In this document: one piece after another, positions 27,149-39,289 of the stretch
Position numbering within the stretch: position 1 is the first letter of the stretch
Layout: each line of letters begins with the position of its first letter
NCBI RefSeq assembly: GCF_006345805.1
Contig: NC_043002.1
Coordinates: 98,208,001 to 98,272,000 of the forward strand
Direction of reading: 5' to 3'
Source of the DNA: Octopus sinensis
Taxonomy: Eukaryota
DNA length: 64,000 bases
The notes under the pieces: model-generated
Database searches by the model: none
The model's input: the letters and a program-made list of their open reading frames with translations, nothing else
Told to the model about the DNA's origin: nothing
Position numbers and translations under genes: made by a program

Positions 27149-27317
27149 TGGCTGTGTGGTAAGTAGCTTGCTAACCAACCACATGGTTCCGGGTTCAGTC
27201 CCACTGCGTGGCATCTTGGGCAAGTGTCTTCTGCTATAGCCCCGGGCCGACCAATGCCTTGTGAGTGGATTTGGTAGACGGAAACTGAAAGAAACCTGTC
27301 GTATATATGTATATATA

Positions 27318-27350
<33 letters not shown>

Positions 27351-27584
27351 AGTGTGTGTGTATATGTTTGTGTGTCTGTGTTTTTCTCTCCCCCTAGCAT
27401 TGCTTGACAACCGATGCTGGTGTGTTTACGTCCCCGTTACCTAGCGGTTCGGCAAAAGAGACCGATAGAATAAGTACTGGGCTTACAAAGAATAAGTCCC
27501 GGGGTCGATTTGCTCGACTAAAGGCGGTGCTCCAGCATGGCCACAGTCAAATGACTGAAACAAGTAAAAGAGTAAAAGAGTAAA
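27149..27584 (+). mobile_element. SINE family A nested in an older A copy
   Basis: Young copy; diverged A segments at ~27015-27145 and ~27585-27670. Confidence 0.85.
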
Positions 27585-28587
27585 TACTACTGTTGTCGAG
27601 TTCTTTGGCCAAACCCTTTTAGGTGGCACCCCAGCATGACTGAAATCCAACGACTGATAGAAGGAAAGAAGACTATGTTAGTCACTTATATTTAAGATGG
27701 GAGAGTGCGATGTGATTCGAAGGACGATTGATGCTTTAAATGAATGGTGAAATAGATGTTTGTTGGATGGTTAAAAAATAAAGAATAGGACAACAGCTAT
27801 AGAAATTAGTGATTGCTTGGAAAAATACACATATGGTAAAAATATAATTTCGTTAATAGGATAACGAATGTGATATACTCAAAGACTTGATTGTATAGCT
27901 CCTTGATGTTGAGAAATTCTGTAATGAAGTCGTGAAAAAAAAAATTCTTTGGCTTCACAGAAGAACATTTAAGATATACTTTTACATTCAACTCACTAGC
28001 CCCGGAACTACTTTGGCAATCAATTGGGGCAACCATCGACATTTCGACTGTTGAACCCTCCCTCATACATTCATTTCGTCTGTCTTGGCAGTTGGCTGCA
28101 GACATTACGTTAAAAAGGCCGGGGTTTTTGAATGCGTAATTCTATCGTTGAAGGAAAAATAATTACGTAAATAACTTACTTTGATGTATTCCCTACTCTA
28201 TTGGTACTGATATTTCAAGTAAGAGACATAATCATATATATATATATGTATGTATGTATATATATATTTATGTGTATATGATATGTATATATATATATGT
28301 ATGTGCGTGTGTATGTATATGTATATATCTGTGTATGTATGTATGTATATATATATATATATATGTGTGTATATATATGTATGTGTGTATGCATATGTGT
28401 CTGTGTGCCTACACTTGCACTCAAACACATATATGTATGTATGTATAGATTCAGATGAACAGAACTAAGAAAAAACAGTAACAAATATGCGTATTATTAT
28501 ATTTCTTCATAAGTGCCATGCATGAAACCCTCATAGTTTGAGTCATTTGGTAACTCCTGCTGATTAAAGATAATGAAAAATATGTGA

Positions 28588-28651
<64 letters not shown>

Positions 28652-28910
28652 AAAAAATACAAACTTGGACAAGAACGCAAAACATTTAGAAGACGATACA
28701 AAAAACACGGACGGGACATTCGAAGCCTTCAATCTTCAGTCAAGAACCGGATCATCCTCGCAATTTCAGCTGATTAATCTTGAGATTGCTCCGATCTGGC
28801 CAGCCCCAAAGGAAAATCTTAGCCAAGCGCATTAGATTCCTTGGAATATATATCCACATATTTTTCATTATCTTTGAATATATCTTTGAAAAAAAATATA
28901 TATATATATA

Positions 28911-29321
28911 GGAGTGGCTGTGTGGTAAGTAGCTTGCTTACTAACCTCATGGTTCCGGGCTCAGTCCCACTGCGTGACATCTTGGGCAAGTGTTTCCTGC
29001 TATAGCCCCGGGCCGACCAATGCCTTGTGAGTGGATTTGGTAGATGGAAACTGAAAGAAGCCCGTCGTATATATGTATATATATATATTTATGTATGTGT
29101 GTGTGTGTGTTTGTGTGTCTGTGTTTGTCCCCCTAGCATTGCTTGACAACCGATGCTGGTGTGTTTACGTCCCCGTCACTTAGCGGTTCGCCAAAAAGAG
29201 ACCGATAGTATAAGTACTGGGCTTACAAAGAATAAGTCCCGGGTCGATTTGCTCGACTAAAAGCGGTGCTCCAGCATGGCCGCAGTCAAAATGACTGAAA
29301 CAAGTAAAAGAGTAAAAGAGT
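28911..29321 (+). mobile_element. SINE family A
   Basis: Homology. Confidence 0.9.
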
Positions 29322-29704
29322 ATATATATATATATATATATACTATATATATATTATATATATATATATATTAATATTATATTGATTGATTGATTGATTC
29401 CAGTTTCAGCTCATGAGCTGTGGCCATGCTGGGGCAATATATTCACATATTTTTCATTATCTTTGAATATATCTTTGAATACATATATATATTATGTATG
29501 TATGCATTGTATTATGTATTTGTTATGCCACACTTAGGAGTTTACTCTTGGTAGGTACTTAGGAGTACTATTAAGGTTGCGGATTACCTAACAACACCGA
29601 ATGAACTTTATCGATACCTGCACAGCGTAATTCTCTCTACCCAATTAATGGCGTTCCTCATTTTGGTTTGCCTTAATTATTTATGGAACCACTGCATTTG
29701 CAAT

Positions 29705-29742
<38 letters not shown>

Positions 29743-29914
29743 CCTTCTTCCCTTCTTTCCTGAGCGTTCAATAATACTTTATTTGTTCCACATCCTTGCG
29801 TTGTTGTCTTTTTGTTTTCTTGTTTGGATTAACTTTATATATATATATATATATTTTCGTTTTGGGATTTGGCTTGCAAGGTTCTTTATATGAGTTCGTG
29901 TGTTGAAGCATATT

Positions 29915-30173
29915 CTGTTGTGTCTGGGGAGAGTCATTTTCTTTTTGTGCCTTATAATGTAACACACTCACCGGTAAAATTTCCACTTATTTCTTATTTT
30001 TATTTTCCTCAAATTTTCGTTGCGTCTTGCAACCTTTTCAATAGTCTTCAAGAGTCAAGACTATTATTGAAAAGGCTGCAAGATGGCAACGAAAATTTGA
30101 GGAAAATAATATTCAGAAATAAGTGAAATTTTATAGGCACAAAAAAAAAAATGACTCTCCCCAGACACAACAG
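29915..30173. repeat. ~260-bp fold-back palindrome made of inverted Penelope-like pLTR halves
   Basis: CTGTTGTGTCTGGGGAGAGTCATTTT.. mirrored by ..ATGACTCTCCCCAGACACAACAG; centre ~30050; small fragment of the same family at 35248-35288. Confidence 0.8.
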
Positions 30174-30232
30174 TATAATATATATATTATATATATATAT
30201 AATATATATATTATATATATTATATATATATA

Positions 30233-30454
30233 CACGGGGTAGGGGGCTGAAAAGTTCCCGGCTTTAGGTAAAGGAAAATACGGGAGGATCATTTAATTAT
30301 GATTTTATTGAGCATACTCTTCTCTCAGATTCTCACACTTATTGCAGCGATCTTTCAGTTTTTCTAAGCTCTGTTAAGAACTCGGAAGGTTGAGCCTACT
30401 GCCAGGCCTTATGCAATACCCTTCAAGCCAGGAACTTTTTCAGCACTCCTCGTG
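30233..30454. mobile_element. mariner-like MITE
   Basis: Imperfect TIRs GCTGAAAAGTTCCCGGCTT / AAGCCAGGAACTTTTTCAGC. Confidence 0.65.
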
Positions 30455-30496
30455 GATGTGTATATACATGCATACATACATATATACATACATATA

Positions 30497-30550
<54 letters not shown>

Positions 30551-30719
30551 ATATATATATATATATGTATATATGTATACATATATACATACATACCCAC
30601 ACATACATATACATATATACACGTATACATATTCATATACATATATTTGGATGGATGATTATGTATATAATTTACATATAGTTATATATGAAAATTATAA
30701 ATATTGATATATAATTCAT

Positions 30720-31065
30720 AACTTTTAGCTTTTACTTCTTTCAATCATTGGTCTACAGCCACGCTGGGGCACCACTTTGGAGGGTTTTAGTCCAACAAAT
30801 CAACTCCAATACATATTCTATCCGTCATTTTGACCGAACCGCTAAATTACGGGGACATACATGAACCAACACCGGTTGTCAAGTGGTGGAGAGGTACAAC
30901 ACATATACAAAGTCTTGCGTACATAGATATATACTTATAAATATACGACGGGCTTATTTCAGTTTCCTTCTGCCGTATCCTTTCACAAGTCGATGGTCAG
31001 CCCGAGCTATAGTAGAAGACATTCGTCCAAAGTGCCACGCAGCGGAACTGAACCCGGAACCATGT
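30720..31065 (-). mobile_element. Old SINE family A copy
   Basis: Diverged homology. Confidence 0.65.
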
Positions 31066-31914
31066 ATAATTTTTATGTTTTGTATTTATTTCAACGTAAA
31101 TGATTCAACGGCTTTCTTTTCTTTCTGTTATTGCAAGATACAATCGTTATTTCGATGAAATTATGGGTATACGGGATGGATGATTTCTTGAAAGAAGTTT
31201 TTAATTCAATACAGCGCTAGATCTCATGCGATAACCTTACACTGAATGATGTTAAAAATCTGTTTCTACACAGATCATGACAAATTTGAAATCATTGTAA
31301 ACGATGACAGAATGGGGAGAATAACATAAAAATATAACAAAAAGTGGAAAACGCAAACAAACCAACACATAAAAAAGAACAAAGGGAAGCAATCTAGGTA
31401 GACATGTGTCAGACTATATATCGAATTGCACAAGTACTGGTTCTGGCTATTGTTTATCACTACCATGTCTAAAAAAAAAATTCAACTTTTGGTCTGTCTT
31501 TATCTTAAACGTGTCTTGCTGTTAAAGGCAACTACTGACACAGGGGTTCTTTAAATAGGAAACGGAATGAGGTCCTTTCCAGTGTGTGTTATAGTTGATG
31601 ATGGAATAGAGACGAAGAATGGTAGGGGCTAAGTGTTGGAAGGGGGCAGTGAGTCGATGAAAAATGGCCGCCAGTGGGAAAGATAACGTCCTTGTCACGT
31701 TTTAGAATTACTTACGAGGCAGCGAAGCGAATAAGCCAGTGAGAGAGATAGCTTCTTGGTGGTTGTCAGATCCGCTAGAAATAGCAGCCTATTTTCATTC
31801 AAATCATATCTTAAGTCACAAAAGATACATACTTGATGGTTGGTTCTCAAACGGACAAATACCAGAGCTACAACACATCCCCACGATCCATCAATATTAT
31901 TGAAATTTTGTTCC

Positions 31915-32069
31915 ACATTGGTTGTGTGCTGAAGAAGCTTGCTTTGCAACTGCGTGGTTTTGGGTTCAGTACTTTGCGGGACCCTGGGAAAATATTTTAT
32001 ACTTATAGCCTCGTACCAACCAATTGATGAGTGAATTTGGTAGACGGAAACTGTGGGGAAGCCTATCGG

Positions 32070-32105
<36 letters not shown>

Positions 32106-32310
32106 CGTTGTGTGTGTGTGTTTGTCTCTCACACTGCTTGACAACCGGTGTTGGTTTGTTTGCGTCCCCGTACCGTAGCAGTTTGTCAAAAGAGTCCGAT
32201 AAAATAAATACCAGACTTAAAGAAGAAATAAGTACTGCGTTCGATTTGTTCAGCTAAAAGCTTTCAAGGCAGTGTCTCATTATGGCCGCAGTCAAATGAC
32301 AGAAAAAAAA
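31915..32310 (+). mobile_element. Old SINE family A copy
   Basis: Diverged homology. Confidence 0.7.
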
Positions 32311-33218
32311 TAAAAAAGAAACAGAAAGACAGAAAATTCTTTATTAAAGAAATATAGAAATGAGCTTATATCTATATAATTACATCTATATAATTCTTTC
32401 TATAGTTGTTGCTTTGCTGCAGCCAGCTCTGGTCGAACGCTTCAGCCTTAACGAGCTGTCTTTTACTCACGCACACTGTACCTAAGACTACATTATCCAA
32501 TGTGTAATGTCTTTTATAAAAAAAATCTACAGCAATGTGTGATTTGAAAATGATTAGGCTGTTATTTTTAGGAAGGTCATGCGATCGTGCTGAGGCATCT
32601 TCATTTAATTATTATTGCTTTCGTTTCGCGCTAGATCAGTTCCGATCAGTCCAATCTGTTATGAAGTGCATTCCAGATGTGATCCTTGATACAAAATATC
32701 TAAGATGACATCATCCAATTTTCCTTTCCTAAAACAGTAAGGTGTAATTTAAAATAAATTATTTTTACCAAGTCGTGTCATCGGAGATGTTGGTTAACCC
32801 TTAGTCATTTTTAATTAAGCGGCTTTTTACAAAAGTATTCAATCAATGACCAGTCTTCATTTGTAAGAGAGTAGGGAGAGATATGAGAGAGATTTCATTG
32901 CGATTTCTAGCAGACAGGCGACCAAGTAGAGGTTATATCCCTGGGTGAATAAACCAAAACGGTGATCATTGAGAAGGACATGAACACATGGCCTTTGAGA
33001 TATTTGAAATAGTGCTAAGGCACTGAACAAATACCGTCTGTATATTACTGCTATTTAACTTAGTCAAAGCCAAGGAAGATAAAGATAAAGCAAACGAATA
33101 TGAAATCGTTACCTGTCGAACTGAAAATAGTAATACAACGAAGATAATGAGATACAAATTTATAAAAATTATATGTCATAATACCTGAACTGAATTATAT
33201 CTCAATAGTACCTAAATA

Positions 33219-33785
33219 TTGGGCTGTCCGGAAAGTTCGTGCCGATTTTTAAAAGAAAGAAAAAGGTCAATAAATACTTGCCATTACATTTTTAATCAAC
33301 CAAAGATGAACCATTTACTTGCACAATGTGTCTCCATCTTTCTTTAACTTGAAAATACCCTCTTCCCAGAATTGAGGTGGTTTCATGGCAAAGAAGTCAT
33401 CAAGGTATCTTTTTTACGTCATCCCAGGAACTGAAATTTTTAACATTGGGACTATTCTGCAGAGACCTGAATAAGTGGAAATCAGAAGGAGCAGCATCTG
33501 GTGAATATGGAGGGTGGGGTAACACATCCCAGCCGAGCTGCAGCAATTTTTGTCTGGTTCCCAAAGCCATCAAGTGCCGAAAATAAACTTTCTTATCTTC
33601 CATTTTAAAGGGTTACAGAATTAGCACAGGTTATAGGAATATAAACCTTCTTCCACGAAAAGATAGCTTAAACTGTGCTCTAAATGGAAGTGTAGTCAAA
33701 TCCTATTTTATGGACTCAACTATGTTCTAAAATAAGTCGATATTTAAGCTACTATAAATCGGTACGAACTTTCCGGACAACATAA
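33219..33785 (-). mobile_element. mariner internal-deletion derivative
   Basis: ~30-bp TIRs (TTGGGCTGTCCGGAAAGTTCGTGCCGATTT / AAATCGGTACGAACTTTCCGGACAACATAA), TA TSD; translated LGWDVLPHPPYSPDAAPSDFHLFRSLQN (mariner YSPDLAPxD motif). Confidence 0.92.
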
Positions 33786-33789
33786 TAGT

Positions 33790-34005
33790 ATGGCTGTGAG
33801 CTGGCACAATCGTTACCGCGCCGAATAAAATGCTTAGTAGAATTTTTCCGAATTTACGTTGAGCTGAGATGCTACAGAGGTCGACTTTGACTTTCATCAT
33901 TTCTGGATCGATAAAATAAGTATCAGTTGAGCACTGGGGTTGATGTAATCGACTTACATCCTCCCTTCAAACTGTTGGTCTTGTGACAAAATTTGAAACC
34001 AAGAA
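33790..34005 (+). mobile_element. Older SINE family B copy
   Basis: Homology. Confidence 0.7.
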
Positions 34006-34204
34006 TACCTTAGTGGAATCTATCAAAGTCTCCTGTCGTTTATAGCTAACATTGCTTTCTTATAATAAATATCGTTCTGGAAATTTTTTGATTTCTTAGA
34101 AAAGGAGAAACGAGAAATAGTTACTTCTATGATTTTCTAAAGAGTGTTAAGTAGATTGTTTGTTTGTTTGTTTGTGTAACTATTATAGCATTTCATTGGG
34201 CCTT

Positions 34205-34497
34205 AGAAATGCTTGGCGGTGTCCATCTCCCACCACAACTCCGTATCCAAAACAATTCTTCAGGGCGCACAGTTGAGGGAAGGCGAAAGGGAGGCAGACA
34301 GAAAAAATCCTGGTTTGACAACATCAAGGACTGGAAAGGTCACACAACACAGCGAACCTGCTACGCATAACAGAGAACAGAGACCAGTAGCGGTGGCTAA
34401 CTATGAAAGCGCCTAGAGTGACACCCCAACGACTGGCTGCATCAGTTAAGGGATGATGATGATGACGACGACGACGATGATGATGATGATGATGATG
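34205..34497 (+). mobile_element. RTE-clade LINE 3' end (second family)
   Basis: HNSVSKTILQG / TVEGRRKGGRQKKSWFDNIKDW across a frameshift; (GAT)n tail. Confidence 0.75.
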
Positions 34498-34885
34498 AAG
34501 TTAAATTATAACTGAGGCCTCTAACCAAAAGTCAAAAGTGATTGCAAATTCTGATCGTTGGTAACTTAACTTTACCTTAAAACGCTCATCGTCTTAATCA
34601 TTAAAAGAAATTCTATTACATTGTTCAACATTAGCAAATTTGTGTGACACGACCAAAACCCCTAAACAGAAATTATTTTAGCGATTTCTGAGAGCAGAAA
34701 CGCACATTTAATCCCAGCGAGATTTTTAAGTAGAAAATTCAGAGGGACCAATTTAAATACAGAAAGATATTTAATCCAGAGCCGTATCGTATCTGCCAGA
34801 TCGCAATCAGAAATATTAATAGTAAAAGAGACACCCATTCAATGATGACCTTTGCCTTGACATCTGGCATCGCAGTACACACACG

Positions 34886-34934
<49 letters not shown>

Positions 34935-35333
34935 ACACATACACACACATGTATGTAAGTATGTCTAACAATAATAACATGCAATATCACAATAACTCGT
35001 GAGCATCTCGTTCCTCCTCTCATATCATTTACAGAAAAGCTGTCGATTCAGTCGAGAGATTCTTATCTCCGAAGGCTGATCTATATGTTCTGTCTTACAA
35101 CTTATAACAATTTAGTTGTTGATTTTTCTTTATATTTTATGTGTGTGCGTGTGTATGTATATATGCGTGTATATAAGTTAAAAAGCACGTAGTGTATATA
35201 TATATATATATATTATAAATATTATATAATATATATATATATATATACTGTTGTGTCTCGACTCAAGACTATTGAAAAGGTTGCAAACATGCATATACAT
35301 GCATATATATATGTGTGTGTGTATGTATATATA

Positions 35334-35375
<42 letters not shown>

Positions 35376-35486
35376 TGTATATACATATATGTAATATATA
35401 CAGATATATAGATATATAGATAAATATTATATGTAGTGTAGGAAGAAATGGAGCTGAACGAAGATTTAACAAAATTCCTTTTTATT

Positions 35487-35572
35487 ATTTTCTACATATG
35501 TTTCAAAGGCTGCAAAGTCCCTAATTCGGATTGAATAAGGAGACCATTTTGCAGCCTTCTCTTCAGGACAAT
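35487..35572 (-). ncRNA. Type I hammerhead ribozyme motif with canonical core and extended stem II
   Basis: Minus strand: ATTGTC-CTGAAGA-G-AAGGCTGCAAA..(31 nt)..TTTGCAGCCTT-T-GAAAC-ATAT-GTA-GAAAAT; palindromic stem III ACATATGT. Confidence 0.75.
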
Positions 35573-35642
35573 CCAGGAACTTAATTCTCCAACAAAATGC
35601 ACATCAACTTTTCGACAAACGCTCGCGAGGAGCCCATGGGAA

Positions 35643-35686
<44 letters not shown>

Positions 35687-35785
35687 TATATATTATAATA
35701 TAGATATATATATATATATATATATATCGATAGATAGATAGATATTCATACATATATATATATGTATATATAATATCTATATATA

Positions 35786-36152
35786 TCTCTCTCTATATAA
35801 ACGGCAGTTTGTCTGTGCGTGTTTCTGTGTGTCTGTTTGCTTGTACCCTAACTCTGACCACGGCTTTCAACCGATTCTGATGAAACTTGACACACACATA
35901 GCCCAATGTCATAATTCAAAACTAACGCAGCGAAAATTTTGAAAAGTTCCCCCAGTTCAGAAAAAGATCGATAAATTCGACATGGGGTCGACAATCAGAA
36001 ACAGAAACCGCAGATGGTGTAGGGGACGCAACTCGGCCTTTTTAGCTATCAAAAAAATTTACCATCATTTTTTGCTATTTTTTGCTATAACTCTCTAAAA
36101 GTGCTTTATAGTTATTTCCATACAAACCGAGCAACGCCGGGCGATACTGCTA

Positions 36153-36153
<1 letters not shown>
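35786..36153 (+). mobile_element. Non-autonomous Helitron-like element (different 5' half)
   Basis: Same 3' hairpin and CTAG|T as 19195; 5' TCT..TATATAAA, GTCT-like tract and ACCGATTCTGATGAAACTT motif. Confidence 0.8.
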
Positions 36154-36198
<45 letters not shown>

Positions 36199-36463
36199 GA
36201 GAGAGAGAGAAGAGAGAGAGAGATACATAGATAGATGTATTGGATCGAGTAACAGAGTTTACAAACACTATGCTTGGAATGACCAATTTTAAATACTATT
36301 GGAACTTACACACAAGGCACAGGAAACGTATACCATTCTGCGTACATAATGGAACTGCATATACAATATCCCTGCATATCTCACGTCTGTTTTCATTCCT
36401 CCTCTTCACTCTCTATTTCATATCTTCTCTAGAATAACTATTGCTTTGCCATTTTCTTGCACC

Positions 36464-36511
36464 GTCTCCGATGAAGGGATACATAAAATATCCGGGAAAC
36501 AGTTGTAAGAC
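36464..36511 (+). ncRNA. Minimal hammerhead-like motif (core CCGAUGA) in a Penelope-like remnant
   Basis: GTCT-CCGATGA-AGGGATA/CATAAAA/TATCCGG-GAAAC-AGTT-GTA-AGAC; stem I GTCT/AGAC. Confidence 0.65.
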
Positions 36512-36802
36512 CTTCTCTTTATAAATGTTCTGAAATCTTTCACTGCCTTGGATTTTTATCTCATTCTGTAAATGTTTTTTATATATATGCATACTAATAT
36601 ATGACCTACGTTGGACTCCTCATTCGCATAATCACCGAACCTGGAGTTTAACTATAGTCAGTCCATAGTGCTTACTCAGCATTACCTGACACCTTTGGGT
36701 CTTCTTGACACCATTACCTCTCGTAACATATATATATATAGAGAGAGAGAGAAAAGAAAGTCAAGAATGAAAATACTAAAATAATTTTATAAAAAACATT
36801 TC

Positions 36803-36836
36803 AGTACCGGTTTCAGTCATTGAGACTTTTTCAACT
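36803..36836 (-). ncRNA. Minimal hammerhead-like motif (core UUGAAAA, U3-A8)
   Basis: Minus strand: AG-TTGAAAA-AGTC/TCAAT/GACT-GAAAC-CG-GTA-CT; palindrome ACCGGT. Confidence 0.55.
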
Positions 36837-36999
36837 TTAAGTATGGAAAACAATTAAATTTAGAAAAATTTTAAAAGTCTCTTTTAAAAGAATATTTGTA
36901 TAGTATTCAAATACAAGTGGCATTTTCCTTGTTTCTGCCTGTCTCTGTCTCTCTTGTTTACTCTTGTGGGTTCCGGGTCGTCGAGGTCTCGAACACCCC

Positions 37000-39240
37000 C
37001 CACATACCCACTTCCAACACACCTACATACATACATACATACACACACAAACAAACAAACATACACATACACACATACATACATACACACATACGTACAC
37101 ACATACCTACATACACACACGCATACACACAAATACATACATACACACACACACATACATACACACACACATGCATACACACACATACGCACATACGCAT
37201 ATACATGTGCACGCCTACGCGGCACATACGCATATACATGTGCACACATACGTACATACATACTTACCTACATACGTACACACACGCGCGCATGCACACG
37301 TGCGCGCGTGCAAATGCCCTTTTTTTTTGGTTGAGGGATTGATGGAGTTCGGTTTTTTTGGTGTGGTTTTATTGTGGGTCCGCGGGCGCGCTCCTGGGGT
37401 GCGGCCGGCCCGATATGCGTGCGTTGTGTGTATGTGTGTTGTTGTGTGTGTGCTCGTGTGTGTGTGTGGCGTGTGTATACATACATACATACACACATAC
37501 ATGCTTGCATGCACGCGCGCACACATACTTACCTACATACATACACGCACACACACTTACACACATACATACATACATACACACATACACACACACATAC
37601 ATACCTACACACATACACATACATACATACACAAGACATACATACGTACAGACATACACCCATACACTCACACATACATACATACACACGTACATACATA
37701 CACACCCACATACACACGCACACGCACACGCATACATACACACACACACTCGCATACATACATACACACCCACATACACACGCACACGCATATATACACA
37801 CACATACACACGCATACATACATACATTACGCCCATACCTACACACATACACACATACACACACACACATACATACACACGTACATACATACATACAGAC
37901 ATACACCCATACACTCACACATACATACATACACACATACACACATACACACATACACACCCACATACACACGCACACGCATACATACACACACGCACAC
38001 GCACGCATACATACATACATTACGCCCACACAACTCCAGAGGACACCCCCACGCACACACGCATACATTCACACACATACACACATACGTACACACACAT
38101 ACATACATACATTCATACTTTCATTCGTACATACCACATACATACACACACACACAAACATACACATACACACACACATACATACATACACACATACATA
38201 TATACACACACGCACACACACATACATACATACACACACACACACATACACACACATACATACACACACATATACATATACATACACACATGCATACACA
38301 CACATGCATACACACACATACACACATGCATGCATACATACATACATACATACACACATACACACATACACGCTTGCACACATACATACATACACACAGA
38401 CATACACGCATGCACACATACTTACACACACACACATACATACATACATACATACACACACACACTTACACACATACACACATACATACATAAACACACA
38501 CATGCATACATACATACACACACACATACATACACGCACACACACATACACATATACACACACACATACGTACATACACTCATACGGACACACATACACA
38601 CAGACATACACAGCAACACACTCACACATACACACATACATACACACACATACCTACATACACACCCTGCATGCACACGTACACACATGCATGCGCGCGC
38701 GCACGCACACATACACACATGCATGCACGCACGTTTTTGGTGGCTGGCATTATTTCGGGATCGCGTCAGCGCTTGTGCGGGTGGGCCTGCGGTTTCGCAC
38801 GCGCCCGCACCACTGATAGTCTTTTCCATCTTTCCTTCAGTTGCGAAGTGTGTCCTTGTGTGCATATATATGCACGTATGCGGGCATATGTGTGTGAGTG
38901 TGTGTGTGTGTGCTTCTGTGTGTGTGTGCGTATGTTTGCAAACATATAAACACACATTTGTACGCACGCGCACATACATACATTCACTCCCGCGCACGTA
39001 CGCGCACACATTCACATATAATTACAATACACGCACACACACATACACACGTACAAACACCCACTAAAGCACATACACACCGACACATATACATACACAC
39101 AACATATACCTCCACGCGCACGCACACATACACATACGTACACACATATAGCACAGACACACAGACATTCGCACACTCGCACACAATCATACATACGTAT
39201 ATATACACACGCACGTACAAGCACACACGCACACATACAC
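37000..39240. repeat. ~2.2-kb degenerate (CA)/(CATA) low-complexity block
   Basis: Direct observation; internal sub-repeats. Confidence 0.9.
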
Positions 39241-39289
39241 TAAGTCTAAGCACAGTTACTCGCCATCCTCTGACATACTAGGTTACCCC

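Noticed and set aside
27806-28105. 99-aa minus-strand ORF
   Set aside because: No recognisable motif or splice support
28710-28760. Minus-strand CTGAAGA..CGAAT motif
   Set aside because: GAAA is absent and stem II is poor; not supportable as a hammerhead
37320-37470. GC-rich strand-flipped patches inside the CA block (also ~38730-38830)
   Set aside because: They look like noisy or chimeric sequence in a low-complexity region; cannot be interpreted without reads
36964-39067. Long ORFs of 480-569 aa (His/Thr-rich)
   Set aside because: Translations of CA/CATA repeats that lack stop codons by composition
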